Assembly (NCBI GenBank): GCA_031552845.1
Contig: JAVBMC010000028.1
Location: 4,047 to 68,046, forward strand
Source of the DNA: Kiritimatiellia bacterium
Lineage (GTDB): Bacteria > Verrucomicrobiota > Kiritimatiellia > RFP12 > DVOR01
Direction of reading: 5' to 3'
Length of the DNA stretch: 64,000 bases
Shown: positions 49,006 to 62,721 of the stretch, piece by piece
Position numbering within the stretch: the stretch's first letter is position 1
Layout of the letters: each line of letters begins with the position of its first letter
Position numbers and translations under genes: made by a program
Notes under the pieces: generated by a model
Databases searched by the model: none
Told to the model about the DNA's origin: nothing
What the model saw: the letters and a program-made list of their open reading frames with translations, nothing else

Positions 49006-49989
49006 TTATTCGTCAAAGGTGGCTGCGGGCTTGCTGAAAATCAGCAACGACGGATTGGCTTTAATCTCGTTCACCAAGTCCGTTGCGCCGATAACCAACT
49101 TATCGACATTCTGCAAGGTCTGGTCGAGATTATCATTCTGCTCTGACACCGAACGGCCGATGGTACGCCCCAGCAATTCCATCTTGTCGAAGAGGCGCGG
49201 CACTTCGTTGGTCAGGTTGCCGGTCAGCGCAATCACATTATTGATCGCCTCATTAACACCGCGCAAGCCGTTGTGAATCTCCTCGCTTTCGAGAATCTTG
49301 TTCAACCGTTCGCTGGAGGCGGTGGCGTTCTCCGCAAGGGTTTTGATTTGCGCCGAGAGCTCGCCGATCTTCGCGTCCTTCACTGCAACTTCAATCGCCT
49401 GCAGCGTGGAGTTGAACTGCTCAACGCCCTTTTCAATCTCAAGCTTGTTCAAGCGGTCAAACACGCCCTGCAGTGACGTCGTCAATTCCGTCATCGTATT
49501 CGGCATTGAGGGGATGTAGAAATACTCCGGCTCCCAGAAAATCGGCAAGTCTTCCGCCATGCGATTGGCATCGGCGAAATCGGTTTCCAGCAGCATGGTG
49601 CCTGTAATACCCTGTGCCCGAATGCAAATTCGCAGGCCGTAAGTAATTAACTTTCTGACCGTCTCAAACGTCTGATCCTTGCGCGTGGATGTGATTGCCA
49701 CAACAATCCGGACATAACGGGAAGCTTTGCGCTGCTTACGGTCGTTCTCATCAACCTTGTAATGCTCATGCACAAAACCAATCTCTTTGACCCGCCCGAT
49801 CTTGACGCCACGGTGCTTGACATCAGAGCCGACCTCCAGCCCTTGCACGCTTTGGTCAAAATAGGTCTCTACTAACACCGGCGATTCAAAGATGTGGGCC
49901 GCACCGAAGACAACCACGCCGCCGATGATCAGCGAAACTGCCAGGACGACAAAGAATCCGATTCGAACATAGTGTACTTTTGCACTCAT
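49006..49989 (-). CDS. MlaD/MCE-domain protein
   Basis: IG.FV + TM; F.QSV.GL.VGS.V..RGV.IG.V; QGITG; C-terminal NPS.LIF. Confidence 0.9.
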   Translation of the reverse strand: MSAKVHYVRIGFFVVLAVSLIIGGVVVFGAAHIFESPVLVETYFDQSVQGLEVGSDVKHRGVKIGRVKEIGFVHEHYKVDENDRKQRKASRYVRIVVAITSTRKDQTFETVRKLITYGLRICIRAQGITGTMLLETDFADANRMAEDLPIFWEPEYFYIPSMPNTMTELTTSLQGVFDRLNKLEIEKGVEQFNSTLQAIEVAVKDAKIGELSAQIKTLAENATASSERLNKILESEEIHNGLRGVNEAINNVIALTGNLTNEVPRLFDKMELLGRTIGRSVSEQNDNLDQTLQNVDKLVIGATDLVNEIKANPSLLIFSKPAATFDE

Positions 49990-50759
49990 GGTGTTTCTTG
50001 GGGTTGGCTGGGTTTACGATGGAAAAAGTCACGGACTTTCTGATGCGGACTTTGGTTCTTCAAATAATCGAGCGTCCCTTGGTCGAGGACGCCGCCGATC
50101 TCTGCATCGAGGAATACGGCGCGGTCGGCGATTGATTCAATGCTGGCCAGCTCGTGCGAAATAATCATCACGGTAATGCCCAGCGTTTGCGTCAGCTGCT
50201 TGATCAATTGATCCAAGTCCGCCGAGGTGACCGGGTCGAGCCCGGCAGAGGGTTCGTCTAAAAACAAGATGTCCGGGTCCAGTGCCAGCGCACGTGCAAT
50301 CGCCGCACGCTTCTTCATGCCGCCGCTGATTTCCGATGGCGTGTGATTGGCCCGATGCAGCAAGCCCACCTGTGACAGCTTCAAATGCGCCGTGTCACGC
50401 CGTGCCTGATACGGCAGCTCGGTAAACTCCTCCATCGGCAGCATGACATTCTCCAGCAGCGTCATATTGCCAAACAGCGCCCCGCCTTGATAGGCCACGC
50501 CAAACCGCCGCATCAGCCGCTGCCGGACCTCCTCCGACGCCGCCGGAGCAAAACGCTCGCCGCAAAGATTCACGTAACCTTTAATCGGCGGCAGCAAACC
50601 GATCACATGTTTCAATAGCGTGCTCTTGCCGCATCCCGAACCGCCCAGGATGAAAACAATCTCCCCGCGGTTCACCTGTAATGTGATGCCGCGTAAAATC
50701 GCTTTGCCGTTATAACCGACCGACAAATTATTCAGATCAATAATCGGAGCCTCGGGCAT
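49986..50759 (-). CDS. MlaF-like ABC ATPase
   Basis: GGSGCGKSTLLK, Q.GALF..MT..ENV, ISGGMKKRA.IARALALDP..LFLDEPSAGLDP. Confidence 0.93.
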   Translation of the reverse strand: MPEAPIIDLNNLSVGYNGKAILRGITLQVNRGEIVFILGGSGCGKSTLLKHVIGLLPPIKGYVNLCGERFAPAASEEVRQRLMRRFGVAYQGGALFGNMTLLENVMLPMEEFTELPYQARRDTAHLKLSQVGLLHRANHTPSEISGGMKKRAAIARALALDPDILFLDEPSAGLDPVTSADLDQLIKQLTQTLGITVMIISHELASIESIADRAVFLDAEIGGVLDQGTLDYLKNQSPHQKVRDFFHRKPSQPQETP

Positions 50760-50766
50760 AATACGA

Positions 50767-52170
50767 CTAAACGTCCTCGGGCTGTTCTTTGACAGGCGCG
50801 TCCGACTCCCGCATGCCATACTTCGTCATCAACCGCTGCAGATACGCTCGCTCGATGTCGGCATCACGGGCGGAACGCGAGATATTCTGCCGGTTACGCG
50901 CCAGCAGCTCATTCAGATACGCCTTTTCAAACCGCTCAATCAACTCGTTCTTCGCATCCTTAAAAGGCTTGTCGATGTCAAACGTCGGGTCAGACTCCAC
51001 ACTCCCCTTACGCACCGTTCCAATATTCAGGAATGCACTCAAATCCACCGGGCGATGTTCGCTGTAAAACGCCAGCTCAATCAAATTCCGCAGCTCGCGC
51101 ACATTCCCCGGCCACTCATAATTCTTAAAAATCTCCACCGTCCGCGGGAAGTCCACCACATCCTCAATCGCCTCGGCCCCATGCAAGTCGGTGATGAACT
51201 GCTTGATGAACAGCGGCACATCATCACGCCGACGCCGCAGCGGCGGAATCTCCAAATGCACCACCGACAGCCGATAATACAAATCCTTGCGGAACTTATT
51301 ATCCTCCACCTCCAGCGACAGATTCTTATTTGTGGCGCAAATGATCCGCACGTCAATCTTACGCACCTCATTGCTCCCCACGCGGCGGATCTCACGCTTC
51401 TCCAACACCCGCAACAGCTTCGGCTGCAGCTCCGGCGCCAAATCCCCAATCTCATCCAACAGCACCGTCCCGCCATCCGCCACTTCAAACGCACCCTCAC
51501 GGTCGCTATCCGCTCCGGCAAACGCGCCCTTCATATGCCCGAACAGCTCGCTCTCAATCTGATCCTTCGAAATCGCCGCACAATCAATCACCACAAACGG
51601 CTTCTCGCGGCGGTTCGAATGCAGATGAATCTCCTCCGCCAAAACCTCCTTGCCCGTCCCCGTCTCGCCCGAAATCATAATCGTCGCATCCGACGGCGCA
51701 TACGTCTCCGCCAAATAAAACAGCCGCCGCATGCTCACCGACCGCCCCAAGCACCTGCCAAAACTCTCGCTCGTACTCAGCGGCACCTCGCCATCCACCT
51801 CACGGATCGGACAGAAAATCAAACGCGTCTTCCCCAAGCGGATCTCCGAGCCCGGAATCAAATGCGCCGACGTTACCCGGATACCCTGAACGGTTGTGCC
51901 ATTGGTGCTCTTCAAATCTCGAATCAAACACCCCTTATCATCCACATCAATCCGGCAATGACTATGCGACACCGTCGAATCCGGCACCACCAACTCATTA
52001 TCCTCCCCCGAGCCAATCCTAAACGCCTGCTTATTGATCAACACCTCGCGCCCCTGCAACGGCCCGCTCACAATCAACAGCTTCAAACGCCCCGCCTGTT
52101 CCGCCTGCTCCTCAGACGAAAACACAATAGTCGGCGCCTCCGCCCTAATACCCGGTTTATGTGGACTCAT
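50767..52170 (-). CDS. FHA-domain sigma54-type enhancer-binding protein (FHA-AAA+-HTH)
   Basis: FHA (IGS...N......[12 protein letters not shown]); GETGTGKE; ESELFGH.KGAFAGA; LDEIG; FRKDLYYRL; WPGNVREL; C-terminal HTH. Confidence 0.92.
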   Translation of the reverse strand: MSPHKPGIRAEAPTIVFSSEEQAEQAGRLKLLIVSGPLQGREVLINKQAFRIGSGEDNELVVPDSTVSHSHCRIDVDDKGCLIRDLKSTNGTTVQGIRVTSAHLIPGSEIRLGKTRLIFCPIREVDGEVPLSTSESFGRCLGRSVSMRRLFYLAETYAPSDATIMISGETGTGKEVLAEEIHLHSNRREKPFVVIDCAAISKDQIESELFGHMKGAFAGADSDREGAFEVADGGTVLLDEIGDLAPELQPKLLRVLEKREIRRVGSNEVRKIDVRIICATNKNLSLEVEDNKFRKDLYYRLSVVHLEIPPLRRRRDDVPLFIKQFITDLHGAEAIEDVVDFPRTVEIFKNYEWPGNVRELRNLIELAFYSEHRPVDLSAFLNIGTVRKGSVESDPTFDIDKPFKDAKNELIERFEKAYLNELLARNRQNISRSARDADIERAYLQRLMTKYGMRESDAPVKEQPEDV

Positions 52171-52664
52171 AGATACACTAAGCTCAACACGGCTTTAAGC
52201 GGCCATTATACCATTTCTCCATCTTCCCATACAACCCAAAACCCCCTTCTATCAGCAAACTTCTCAGTTTTCTGACAAAATGATGCAGGCGCGGATATTT
52301 TCCCGCACAACGTGGTGATGCCTTGCGGGCAGTAGGCGAGACGGAGGTGGGGAGGTGGCGGTTTTAAAGGAGCTCTTGGAGGGGATGAGGAGCTTTTAAT
52401 GGAGGAGGGCGTCTTGCTTGTTCCTGATAGGGCATATCCGTTGGGGCTTTCGGGGCGAAAAGGTGTTTGCGTAGACCGGTATGCGTGGCCGAAGTTTGAA
52501 AATGTAAAAATTAGCACTCGACATTTTGTACGGTTATGCTATACTGAAGCTTCCATTGTTTTCGTTTATGGTAGCCATGGCGTGCTTGGGGAACGTGTCA
52601 GTTTTCGGGGGTGCGCCGGCATGGGGTCAACGGATACGTCTCAAAGCTTATGAATACAAATATA

Positions 52665-54263
52665 ATGAATACTTCCGCGTGGAAGGATGTGAAGGATCAT
52701 CTCGTTAACAAGAACCTGCGCGAGCTTTTCGATGAGGATCCTAAACGCGCCGAGCGTTTCCTGCTGAAGGCGGCGGGCTGGCGGTTGGATTATTCGAAGA
52801 ATCTGATTGATCAAGATCTCATGAACAAGTTGGTGGCGTTGGCTTATCGCGCCGATGTGAAGTCTTGGATTCAGAAGATGTTCGAGGGCGAGAAGATCAA
52901 CGTGACCGAAGATCGCGCTGTGTTGCATACGGCTTTGCGTAATCGTTCCGATGAACCTGTTTTTGTCGACGGACAGGATGTGATGCCGGAGATCAAGGCC
53001 GTGCTGGCGAAGATGAGCGCTTTCGCAACACGCGTGCGGGCAGGGGAGTGGATCGGGTTTACCGGGAAGCCGATCCGCCACATCGTGAACATCGGCATCG
53101 GGGGTTCGGACTTGGGACCTTTGATGGCGTATCAAGCGCTGCGTCCTTATGGCAAGCGGCATATAAAGTGTCATTTTGTTTCCAATGTGGATGGTACGCA
53201 TCTGGCCGAAGTGCTGCGCGAGGTGAAGGCCGACCGCACGTTGTTTGTTGTGGCCTCCAAAACGTTCACCACGCAGGAGACGATGGCGAATGCGTTGAGC
53301 GCCCGTGCTTGGCTGGTAGACGAGCTGGGTGACGAGAAGGCTGTCGCGAAACATTTTGTGGCGGTCTCGACGAACGCGGAGGAAGTCAGCAAGTTCGGCA
53401 TTGATACAGCGAACATGTTTGAGTTTTGGGATTGGGTTGGCGGACGTTATTCGTTGCCGAGTGCAATCGGATTGTCGCTGATGTGTTATATCGGTCCGCG
53501 CAGCTTCGAGCGTTTGCTGGAGGGTTATCATCAGATGGACCGCCACTTCCGCACGGCGGCGTTGAACTCGAACATGCCGGTGATTCTTGCGCTGTTGGGC
53601 ATTCTTTATAACAATGTTTACGAAGCCGAGAGTTATGCCGTGCTGCCGTATGATCAATACCTCGCACGCTTCCCGGCCTATTTGCAGCAGCTGGATATGG
53701 AGAGCAACGGCAAGAGCGCCACGCGTGACGGCACCCCGGTCCGTCATTCGACCGGGCCGATTGTCTGGGGTGAACCCGGCACCAACGGCCAGCATGCGTT
53801 CTATCAGCTGATTCACCAAGGCACCAAGATGATTCCCGCCGACTTCATCGGCTTCTGCCAGTCGCACAACGCGCTGGCCGGGCATCATGACAAGCTGATG
53901 GCAAACTTCTTTGCGCAAACGCAGGCTCTTGCTTTCGGCAAGACTGCCGCCGAGTGCCGCCAAGAAGGCGTGCCGGAAGAACTCGTCGTGCACAAGACGT
54001 TCAGCGGCAACCGCCCCACGAACACCCTTATGGCGAAAAAGCTCACGCCCGAAACCCTTGGCTCGCTCATCGCGCTTTATGAGCACAAGGTCTTTGTGCA
54101 AGGGATTATCTGGAACGTGTTCTCCTTCGACCAATGGGGCGTGCAGTTGGGCAAAGTCTTGGCCTCCAAGATACTGCCGCAGCTGGAAGACGATTCCAAG
54201 CCGTTGGCGCACGATGCCTCCACCAACTCCCTGATCGCCTACTACCGCTCTTACAGCAAGTAA
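52665..54263 (+). CDS. pgi: Glucose-6-phosphate isomerase
   Basis: [47 protein letters not shown]; start ATG 52650 or 52665. Confidence 0.98.
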   Translation: MNTSAWKDVKDHLVNKNLRELFDEDPKRAERFLLKAAGWRLDYSKNLIDQDLMNKLVALAYRADVKSWIQKMFEGEKINVTEDRAVLHTALRNRSDEPVFVDGQDVMPEIKAVLAKMSAFATRVRAGEWIGFTGKPIRHIVNIGIGGSDLGPLMAYQALRPYGKRHIKCHFVSNVDGTHLAEVLREVKADRTLFVVASKTFTTQETMANALSARAWLVDELGDEKAVAKHFVAVSTNAEEVSKFGIDTANMFEFWDWVGGRYSLPSAIGLSLMCYIGPRSFERLLEGYHQMDRHFRTAALNSNMPVILALLGILYNNVYEAESYAVLPYDQYLARFPAYLQQLDMESNGKSATRDGTPVRHSTGPIVWGEPGTNGQHAFYQLIHQGTKMIPADFIGFCQSHNALAGHHDKLMANFFAQTQALAFGKTAAECRQEGVPEELVVHKTFSGNRPTNTLMAKKLTPETLGSLIALYEHKVFVQGIIWNVFSFDQWGVQLGKVLASKILPQLEDDSKPLAHDASTNSLIAYYRSYSK

Positions 54264-54311
54264 GCACGGGAACAAAGCGACGCCGCGAACAACTGTTCAC
54301 GCGGCATACTC

Positions 54312-54346
54312 AAAAGCCCCGCAACACTGCGGGGCTTTTTCTTTTT
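54312..54346 (+). terminator. Intrinsic terminator of pgi
   Basis: AAAAGCCCCGCA-acac-TGCGGGGCTTTTT. Confidence 0.9.
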
Positions 54347-54460
54347 CAGCGATCGGCGCAGTGACAAGACAAACATTAATGCCTTTCAGCATGCTCCACC
54401 ATGCCCGCGTGCTGTATCCCACGCATGTGCGTACAGATACCGCAACAGTCGCTTCAAAGA

Positions 54461-54570
54461 ACCAACACGGCCATATTTGAAGAAAAACACTCAAGTGATT
54501 CTGAAAAAACACTTAAGTGTTTTTGTAAAAACATCCGAGTGTTTTTCAAGAAACATTCATATGTTTTTTC
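54461..54570. repeat. Degenerate tandem array, 22-bp period, core AAAAACACTTAAGTGTTTTT
   Basis: Units at 54461, 54483, 54505, 54527, 54549; perfect 20-bp palindrome at 54505-54524. Confidence 0.9.
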
Positions 54571-54892
54571 ATCAATGTGCCCGTATGCGCAACATCATAC
54601 GCATCTATCGTAACCTTTACAAAGCCGAAGCGGACTGTAAAGACGGAGGTTGTGTTGTTGGCGTGCGGAAATATGTTGCGCACCTTTTTATACGGCAGCA
54701 ACACCTTCGACGAGATCGACGAGGCCGATGAAATCGCGTACAAACAATAAAGCAGGCAGTGTCGTCGACGCTGCCGTGCCAAACAAACTCAACAGCTTTG
54801 GCAAAGCCGCCTGCCATATACACTCAACTCGATTTCACCGACTTCTTCGATTTCGTCGATTCTCTCAAGGGGAATGGCGGGCTAATGCCGTA

Positions 54893-55030
54893 CGGCGGTT
54901 TCGGCGAAACGCGCCCTACCTTTTTGAGTAGAGCTGACGCGAGTGAATGTTCAGTGCGTTAGCGGGTAGGGCGGGCTCGCCGAGCGCACCGTGTGGGGTA
55001 ATGTCTTGTAGGGCAGGCTTGGTGGCACCA
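54893..55030. repeat. Cluster of GTAG-type REP-like palindromes
   Basis: GGTAGGGCGCGTTTCGCCGAAACCGCCG (-, 54893-54920); GGTAGGGCGGGCTCGCCGAGCGCACCG (+, 54965); GTAGGGCAGGC (55008). Confidence 0.55.
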
Positions 55031-55034
55031 AAAG

Positions 55035-55070
55035 AAAAAGCCTTGAGAACTTAACGTTCTCAAGGCTTTT
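55035..55070 (-). terminator. Intrinsic terminator after tRNA-Arg
   Basis: AAAAGCCTTGAGAAC-ttaac-GTTCTCAAGGCTTTT perfect stem. Confidence 0.9.
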
Positions 55071-55075
55071 ATAGA

Positions 55076-55152
55076 TGGCGCGCCTGGCGTGGCTCGAACA
55101 CGCGACCGCCGGATTAGAAATCCGATGCTCTGTCCAACTGAGCTACAGGCGC
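55076..55152 (-). tRNA. tRNA-Arg (anticodon TCT)
   Basis: GCGCCTGTAGCTCAGTTGGACAGAGCA-TCGGA-TTTCTAA-TCCGG-CGGTC-GCGTGTTCGAGCCACGC-CAGGCGCG-CCA; 77-nt cloverleaf. Confidence 0.95.
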
Positions 55153-55181
55153 AAAGTCGGCTGCCACTGCCAGCGTAAAGC

Positions 55182-56012
55182 TTAGGCGGCGCCGAGTTGG
55201 AAGCGGACGAAGCGGCGGATTGTCACCGTATCGCCGGTCTTCTTGGAGCACTCATCCACAAGCTGCGTGATGCTTTGCTTGGGCTCTTTAACGAAGGGCT
55301 GGTGAATCAGGCAGATTTCAGAGTAGAACTTCTGGACCTTGCCTTTGAGGATGCCTTCGACGATGTTTGCAGGCTTGCCTTCGACTTGCTTGCGGTAGAT
55401 GTCTTTCTCGCCTTCGAGAACGTCAGCGGGAACTTCTTCCGGGAGCAGGTAGCGTGGCGCAGCGGCGGCGACTTGCAGGCAGAGGTCGTGCAGCAGTGCG
55501 TCGAACGCCGGGTTGGCGGCGGTGTCAGCCTTGGTGCAGCCGAGCTCGACGAGTACGCCGACCTTGCCGCCCATGTGGATGTAGGAGGCAACCTTGCCTT
55601 CGCCTTGCTTGGTGAAGTAAGCGACGCGGCGGATCTTGACGTTTTCGCCGGTGGCGGAAACGAGCGCGACGAGTTCTTCGTTCATCGTGGTGGCGGCGTT
55701 CAGATCGCCCGTGGCAACGGTGGTGGCGACAGCTTTGGTGAACGCGATGAACTTGTCGGTCTTGGCGACGAAGTCGGTTTCGCAGTTGACCTCGGCCATG
55801 CCGATGGCACCGTTGTTCTCGACGGCGTCGATGATGCCCTGGTTGGATTCTTTGTCGGCGCGCTTGACTTGGATGGCCAAACCTTTTTCGCGGAGCTGCT
55901 TGATTGCGGCTTCCTTATCGCCATTGCAGTCAATCAAAGCTTTTTTGCAATCCATCATGCCCGCGTTCGTAATCGAGCGGAGTTCGTTGATATCGGCTAC
56001 TGTGATTCCCAT
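55182..56012 (-). CDS. tsf: Elongation factor Ts
   Basis: LR..T.AGMMDCKKAL, EVNCETDFVAK, YIHMGGK, RFVRFQLG. Confidence 0.98.
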   Translation of the reverse strand: MGITVADINELRSITNAGMMDCKKALIDCNGDKEAAIKQLREKGLAIQVKRADKESNQGIIDAVENNGAIGMAEVNCETDFVAKTDKFIAFTKAVATTVATGDLNAATTMNEELVALVSATGENVKIRRVAYFTKQGEGKVASYIHMGGKVGVLVELGCTKADTAANPAFDALLHDLCLQVAAAAPRYLLPEEVPADVLEGEKDIYRKQVEGKPANIVEGILKGKVQKFYSEICLIHQPFVKEPKQSITQLVDECSKKTGDTVTIRRFVRFQLGAA

Positions 56013-56095
56013 GATTTCTCCTTAATTCAAAGTGGGGTTAGTGGTGATGAAACCGGGTGAAGCGGACAGCGCGGTGCCGTCCGCTTCACGGGGCA

Positions 56096-57037
56096 TTATT
56101 CCGCGGCAGGAGCTTCAACTGCTGCTGCAGGAGCCTCGGTGGCAACCGGCGCTTCAGCGGCGGGAGCTTCGGCTGCGTCTTTCTTCACAGCCGGCTTGCG
56201 TGCGCCGAGAGGTTTGCGTGCGCCTGCGGGACGGTCACCGGCAGGGCGGCGCGGACGTGCAGGACGTGCGGCAGCTTCATCGCCGCCTTCGGAGGCACGC
56301 TTGGCGCGTTCGTCGGCTTGGGTCTTTGCGTATTGGTCGGCGACTTCCTTGATAGCTTTGGAGAGGCCGTCCATGATGATCTTCACGCCGCGGACTGCGT
56401 CGTCGTTGCCGGGGATGACGTAGTCGATCGGGTCCGGGTCGGCGTTCGTATCAACGATGGCCACCACGGGGATGCCGAGGCGCACGGCTTCTTTGATTGC
56501 GTTGGATTCGCGGCAGATGTCCACGACGACGAGCGCGCCGGGCATGTTCTGCATGTCAACGATACCGCCGAGGTTGGCTTGGAGCTTGTCCAGCTCGCGG
56601 CGCAGGGTCGCGGCTTCCTTTTTAAAGGGAGAGAGCACGCCGTTGTTGTTGCGGCCGATGGTCTCGATCTGGCGCATGCGCTTGACGCTGCGGCGGATGG
56701 TCTGGCTGTTGGTCAGCGTGCCGCCGAGCCAGCGTTGGGTCATGTGGAATTGGCCGCAAGCTTCGGCAGCTTCGCGGACGACTTCCTGCGCCTGCTTCTT
56801 GGTGGCGACGAAAAGGACCTTCTTGCCGTCGAGGACGGTCTGCTTCAGGAACTCAGCGGCCTCGTCGATCAGCGTCATGGTCTGGGTGAGGTCGATGATG
56901 TGAATGCCGTTGCGCTTGTCGAAGATGTACGGCTTCATCTTGGGGTTCCAACGCTTGGTCTGGTGGCCGAAGTGCAAACCGGCATCCAGCAAATCTTTCA
57001 ATGCGATACCGGTCTTGTTAGGAGCTAATGCGTCCAT
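56096..57037 (-). CDS. rpsB: 30S ribosomal protein S2
   Basis: LLDAGLHFGHQTKRWNPKM, RWLGGTLTN, DTNADPD..DYVIPGNDDA. Confidence 0.98.
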   Translation of the reverse strand: MDALAPNKTGIALKDLLDAGLHFGHQTKRWNPKMKPYIFDKRNGIHIIDLTQTMTLIDEAAEFLKQTVLDGKKVLFVATKKQAQEVVREAAEACGQFHMTQRWLGGTLTNSQTIRRSVKRMRQIETIGRNNNGVLSPFKKEAATLRRELDKLQANLGGIVDMQNMPGALVVVDICRESNAIKEAVRLGIPVVAIVDTNADPDPIDYVIPGNDDAVRGVKIIMDGLSKAIKEVADQYAKTQADERAKRASEGGDEAAARPARPRRPAGDRPAGARKPLGARKPAVKKDAAEAPAAEAPVATEAPAAAVEAPAAE

Positions 57038-57151
57038 GTCTATTCCTCTAATAGGCTCTTTGAGCCGATTAATCCGCTTTGACGGCTGCCCACACGGACT
57101 GCTGCGTCGTTCGCTTCTTTCACATGCCGAATTTCGGCTGTGAAGGGGTGG

Positions 57152-57160
57152 ATTATAGCA
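57152..57160 (-). promoter_or_regulatory. Extended -10 promoter of rpsB-tsf
   Basis: TGcTATAAT on minus strand about 115 bp upstream of rpsB. Confidence 0.6.
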
Positions 57161-57283
57161 TATTGGCGCCGTGAAACAAAGGAAAAAGTGCTAAAAATGG
57201 GGGTTTCTATTCTTTGTACTTGATTTCGTGACATTTTCTGGTATTTTGTCTCACAGCAAACTGGGTTATATGTGGAAACACGG

Positions 57284-58947
57284 ATGACTTTTCGTACCTT
57301 ACTAGAGACAGCCGTTCGCAAACGGCCGGATGGAATAGCCTTTAACTTCAAGCGCGCCGGCGAATGGCGGCAGCTGAGTTATCGTGAGTTTACCCTGCGG
57401 GTTGAGGCCTTGGCCGAAGCCGCCGGGACGGCGTTTGGCTTGAAGCCGCGCGAGGACAAAGTCGCATTTATTATCGACAACGATGTCCGCTGGATTGAGT
57501 TTTATTCCGCGCTGGCGTCAGTCGGCATCACCGTCGTGCCGATGGATCACAAGCTCCGCGCTGAAGAAGTCGCTTATATATTGAAAGACTCCGGAGCCGC
57601 CGCCGTCTTTACCGACGCCAAGCACAAAGAGCTGCTGGAGCAGATTCTGCCGGAGCTCCCGTCCGTCCGATTGGTTATCTACGATGAAGCCGGCGACCAA
57701 CGCGGCAGCGAGCTGTGCGGACGCCCGGTGCGGGATTACGAAGAGGCCCTCGCCGCCTGCTTTGGCAAGCCGCATCCGTTCTATATTGCCAACGCCCCGG
57801 TGGAGCAGGATATCGCCTCCATCATTTACACCTCCGGGACCACTGGCAAACCCAAAGGCGCGATGCTCACGCAGAACAACTTCTGCAGCGATGCCTCCGG
57901 CTGTTTGGATCATATTCCTGAGTTTGGGTCGAGTGACAGCTTCTTGATTGTGCTGCCGCTTTTCCACTCCTTCTCCTTTACCACCAACTTCGTGGTGCCA
58001 CTCACCTGTCAGGCAACGATGAGCTTTGTCGAAAACCTGCGCACCGTGGGCGAAGACATTAAGACGTTGAAGCCGACCGTCCTCATTGCGGTGCCGCTGT
58101 TGATTGATAAGCTGTACCAGCGCATCAAAGAGAAGATCGACGCCAGCACCATGGCACGGGTCTTGATGAGCATCGGTTTAGGCAAGATTGTCGGCAAGAA
58201 GGCCAAGCAAGCCCTCGGCGGCGCTTTGCGCCTCGTAATTGTCGGCGGAGCACCGTGCCCTCAGCATGTCCTGCGCGGATTGAACGCCCTAGGCATTGCC
58301 ACGACAGAAGGCTACGGCTTGACTGAAGCCTCGCCCGTTGTCACGGTGGCACAATTCCGCAAGCAGCGCATCGGTACGATTGGCACGCGCATCCCGAACA
58401 TCGAAATCCGCATTGCCGAGCCGGACGCACAAGGCGTCGGCGAACTGCAGATCCGCGGGCCGATTGTCATGAAGGGTTATTACAATAACGTCGAAGCCAC
58501 CCAAGCGAGCTTTGATGGCCCTTGGCTGCGCACCGGCGATTTGGCGTCGATGGATAAAGAAGGCTACGTCACCATCCGCGGACGCAGCAAGGCACTCATC
58601 GTCAACCGCGAAGGCAAGAACATCTATCCCGAAGAGGTTGAAAACTGCATTGCCCGCGACCCATTGGTTGGCGATATTGTCGTTGTCGGTTATCGTGAGA
58701 ATGGCGAGACCGGCGAACGCGTAGGTGCGATTCTCGCTCCGAACGTTGAGCTCTTCAAGACCCGCAACAATGGGCAGGACGTTCCTTTTGACGAGATGAA
58801 GGCCGCCTTGGAAGAGATTGTCAAGGTCAGCTGTAAACGGCTTGCGGATTACAAACATCCGCGCAAAATAATCGTTTCGGCTGAACCGCTCGAACGCACC
58901 GCGACGCAAAAAGTGCGCCGTTGCGTCTATCAAGGCCAGCTGGACAC

Positions 58948-58951
<4 letters not shown>
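57284..58951 (+). CDS. Long-chain acyl-CoA synthetase (AMP-binding enzyme)
   Basis: IIYTSGTTGKPKG, LPLFH, EGYGLTEASP, W.RTGD, GR.K.LIV..GKNIYPEEVE. Confidence 0.92.
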
Positions 58952-62451
<3,500 letters not shown>

Positions 62452-62460
62452 ATCCCTCCG

Positions 62461-62489
62461 ACTATACCAAAACTCCCCCCGACATTCAA
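62461..62489 (-). promoter_or_regulatory. Putative sigma70 promoter of dnaE
   Basis: TTGAAT-17 bp (contains G6)-TATAGT with TG extension, 10 bp before ATG. Confidence 0.55.
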
Positions 62490-62721
62490 GGTAGAACGCC
62501 GCCCCTCCCCTGGGAGCGCCGGCGTCCCTGCCGGCATTGCGTGGCCAGCCTCTCAACTTATTACCTAATCACCTATTACATATTACTTCGTCTCTCACGG
62601 CTGCTCGATTTCTTCTGCTGTGGCGTACTGCGGGATAACCTATATTTTTGATAGAGCAGGTTTTTAACTTGTTTTAGTGCCTGAAGCATGTTACTATCAG
62701 TGCTTTTCAAGAGGGAGTATT

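Noticed and set aside
52511-52537. CIRCE (HrcA) operator
   Set aside because: The left arm TTAGCACTC is perfect, but the sequence 9 bp later is TACGGTTAT, not GAGTGCTAA, and the neighbour is pgi rather than a chaperone.
54350-55152. Prophage or integrative element at tRNA-Arg
   Set aside because: No integrase, no duplicated tRNA 3' end, and only about 700 bp of non-coding DNA.
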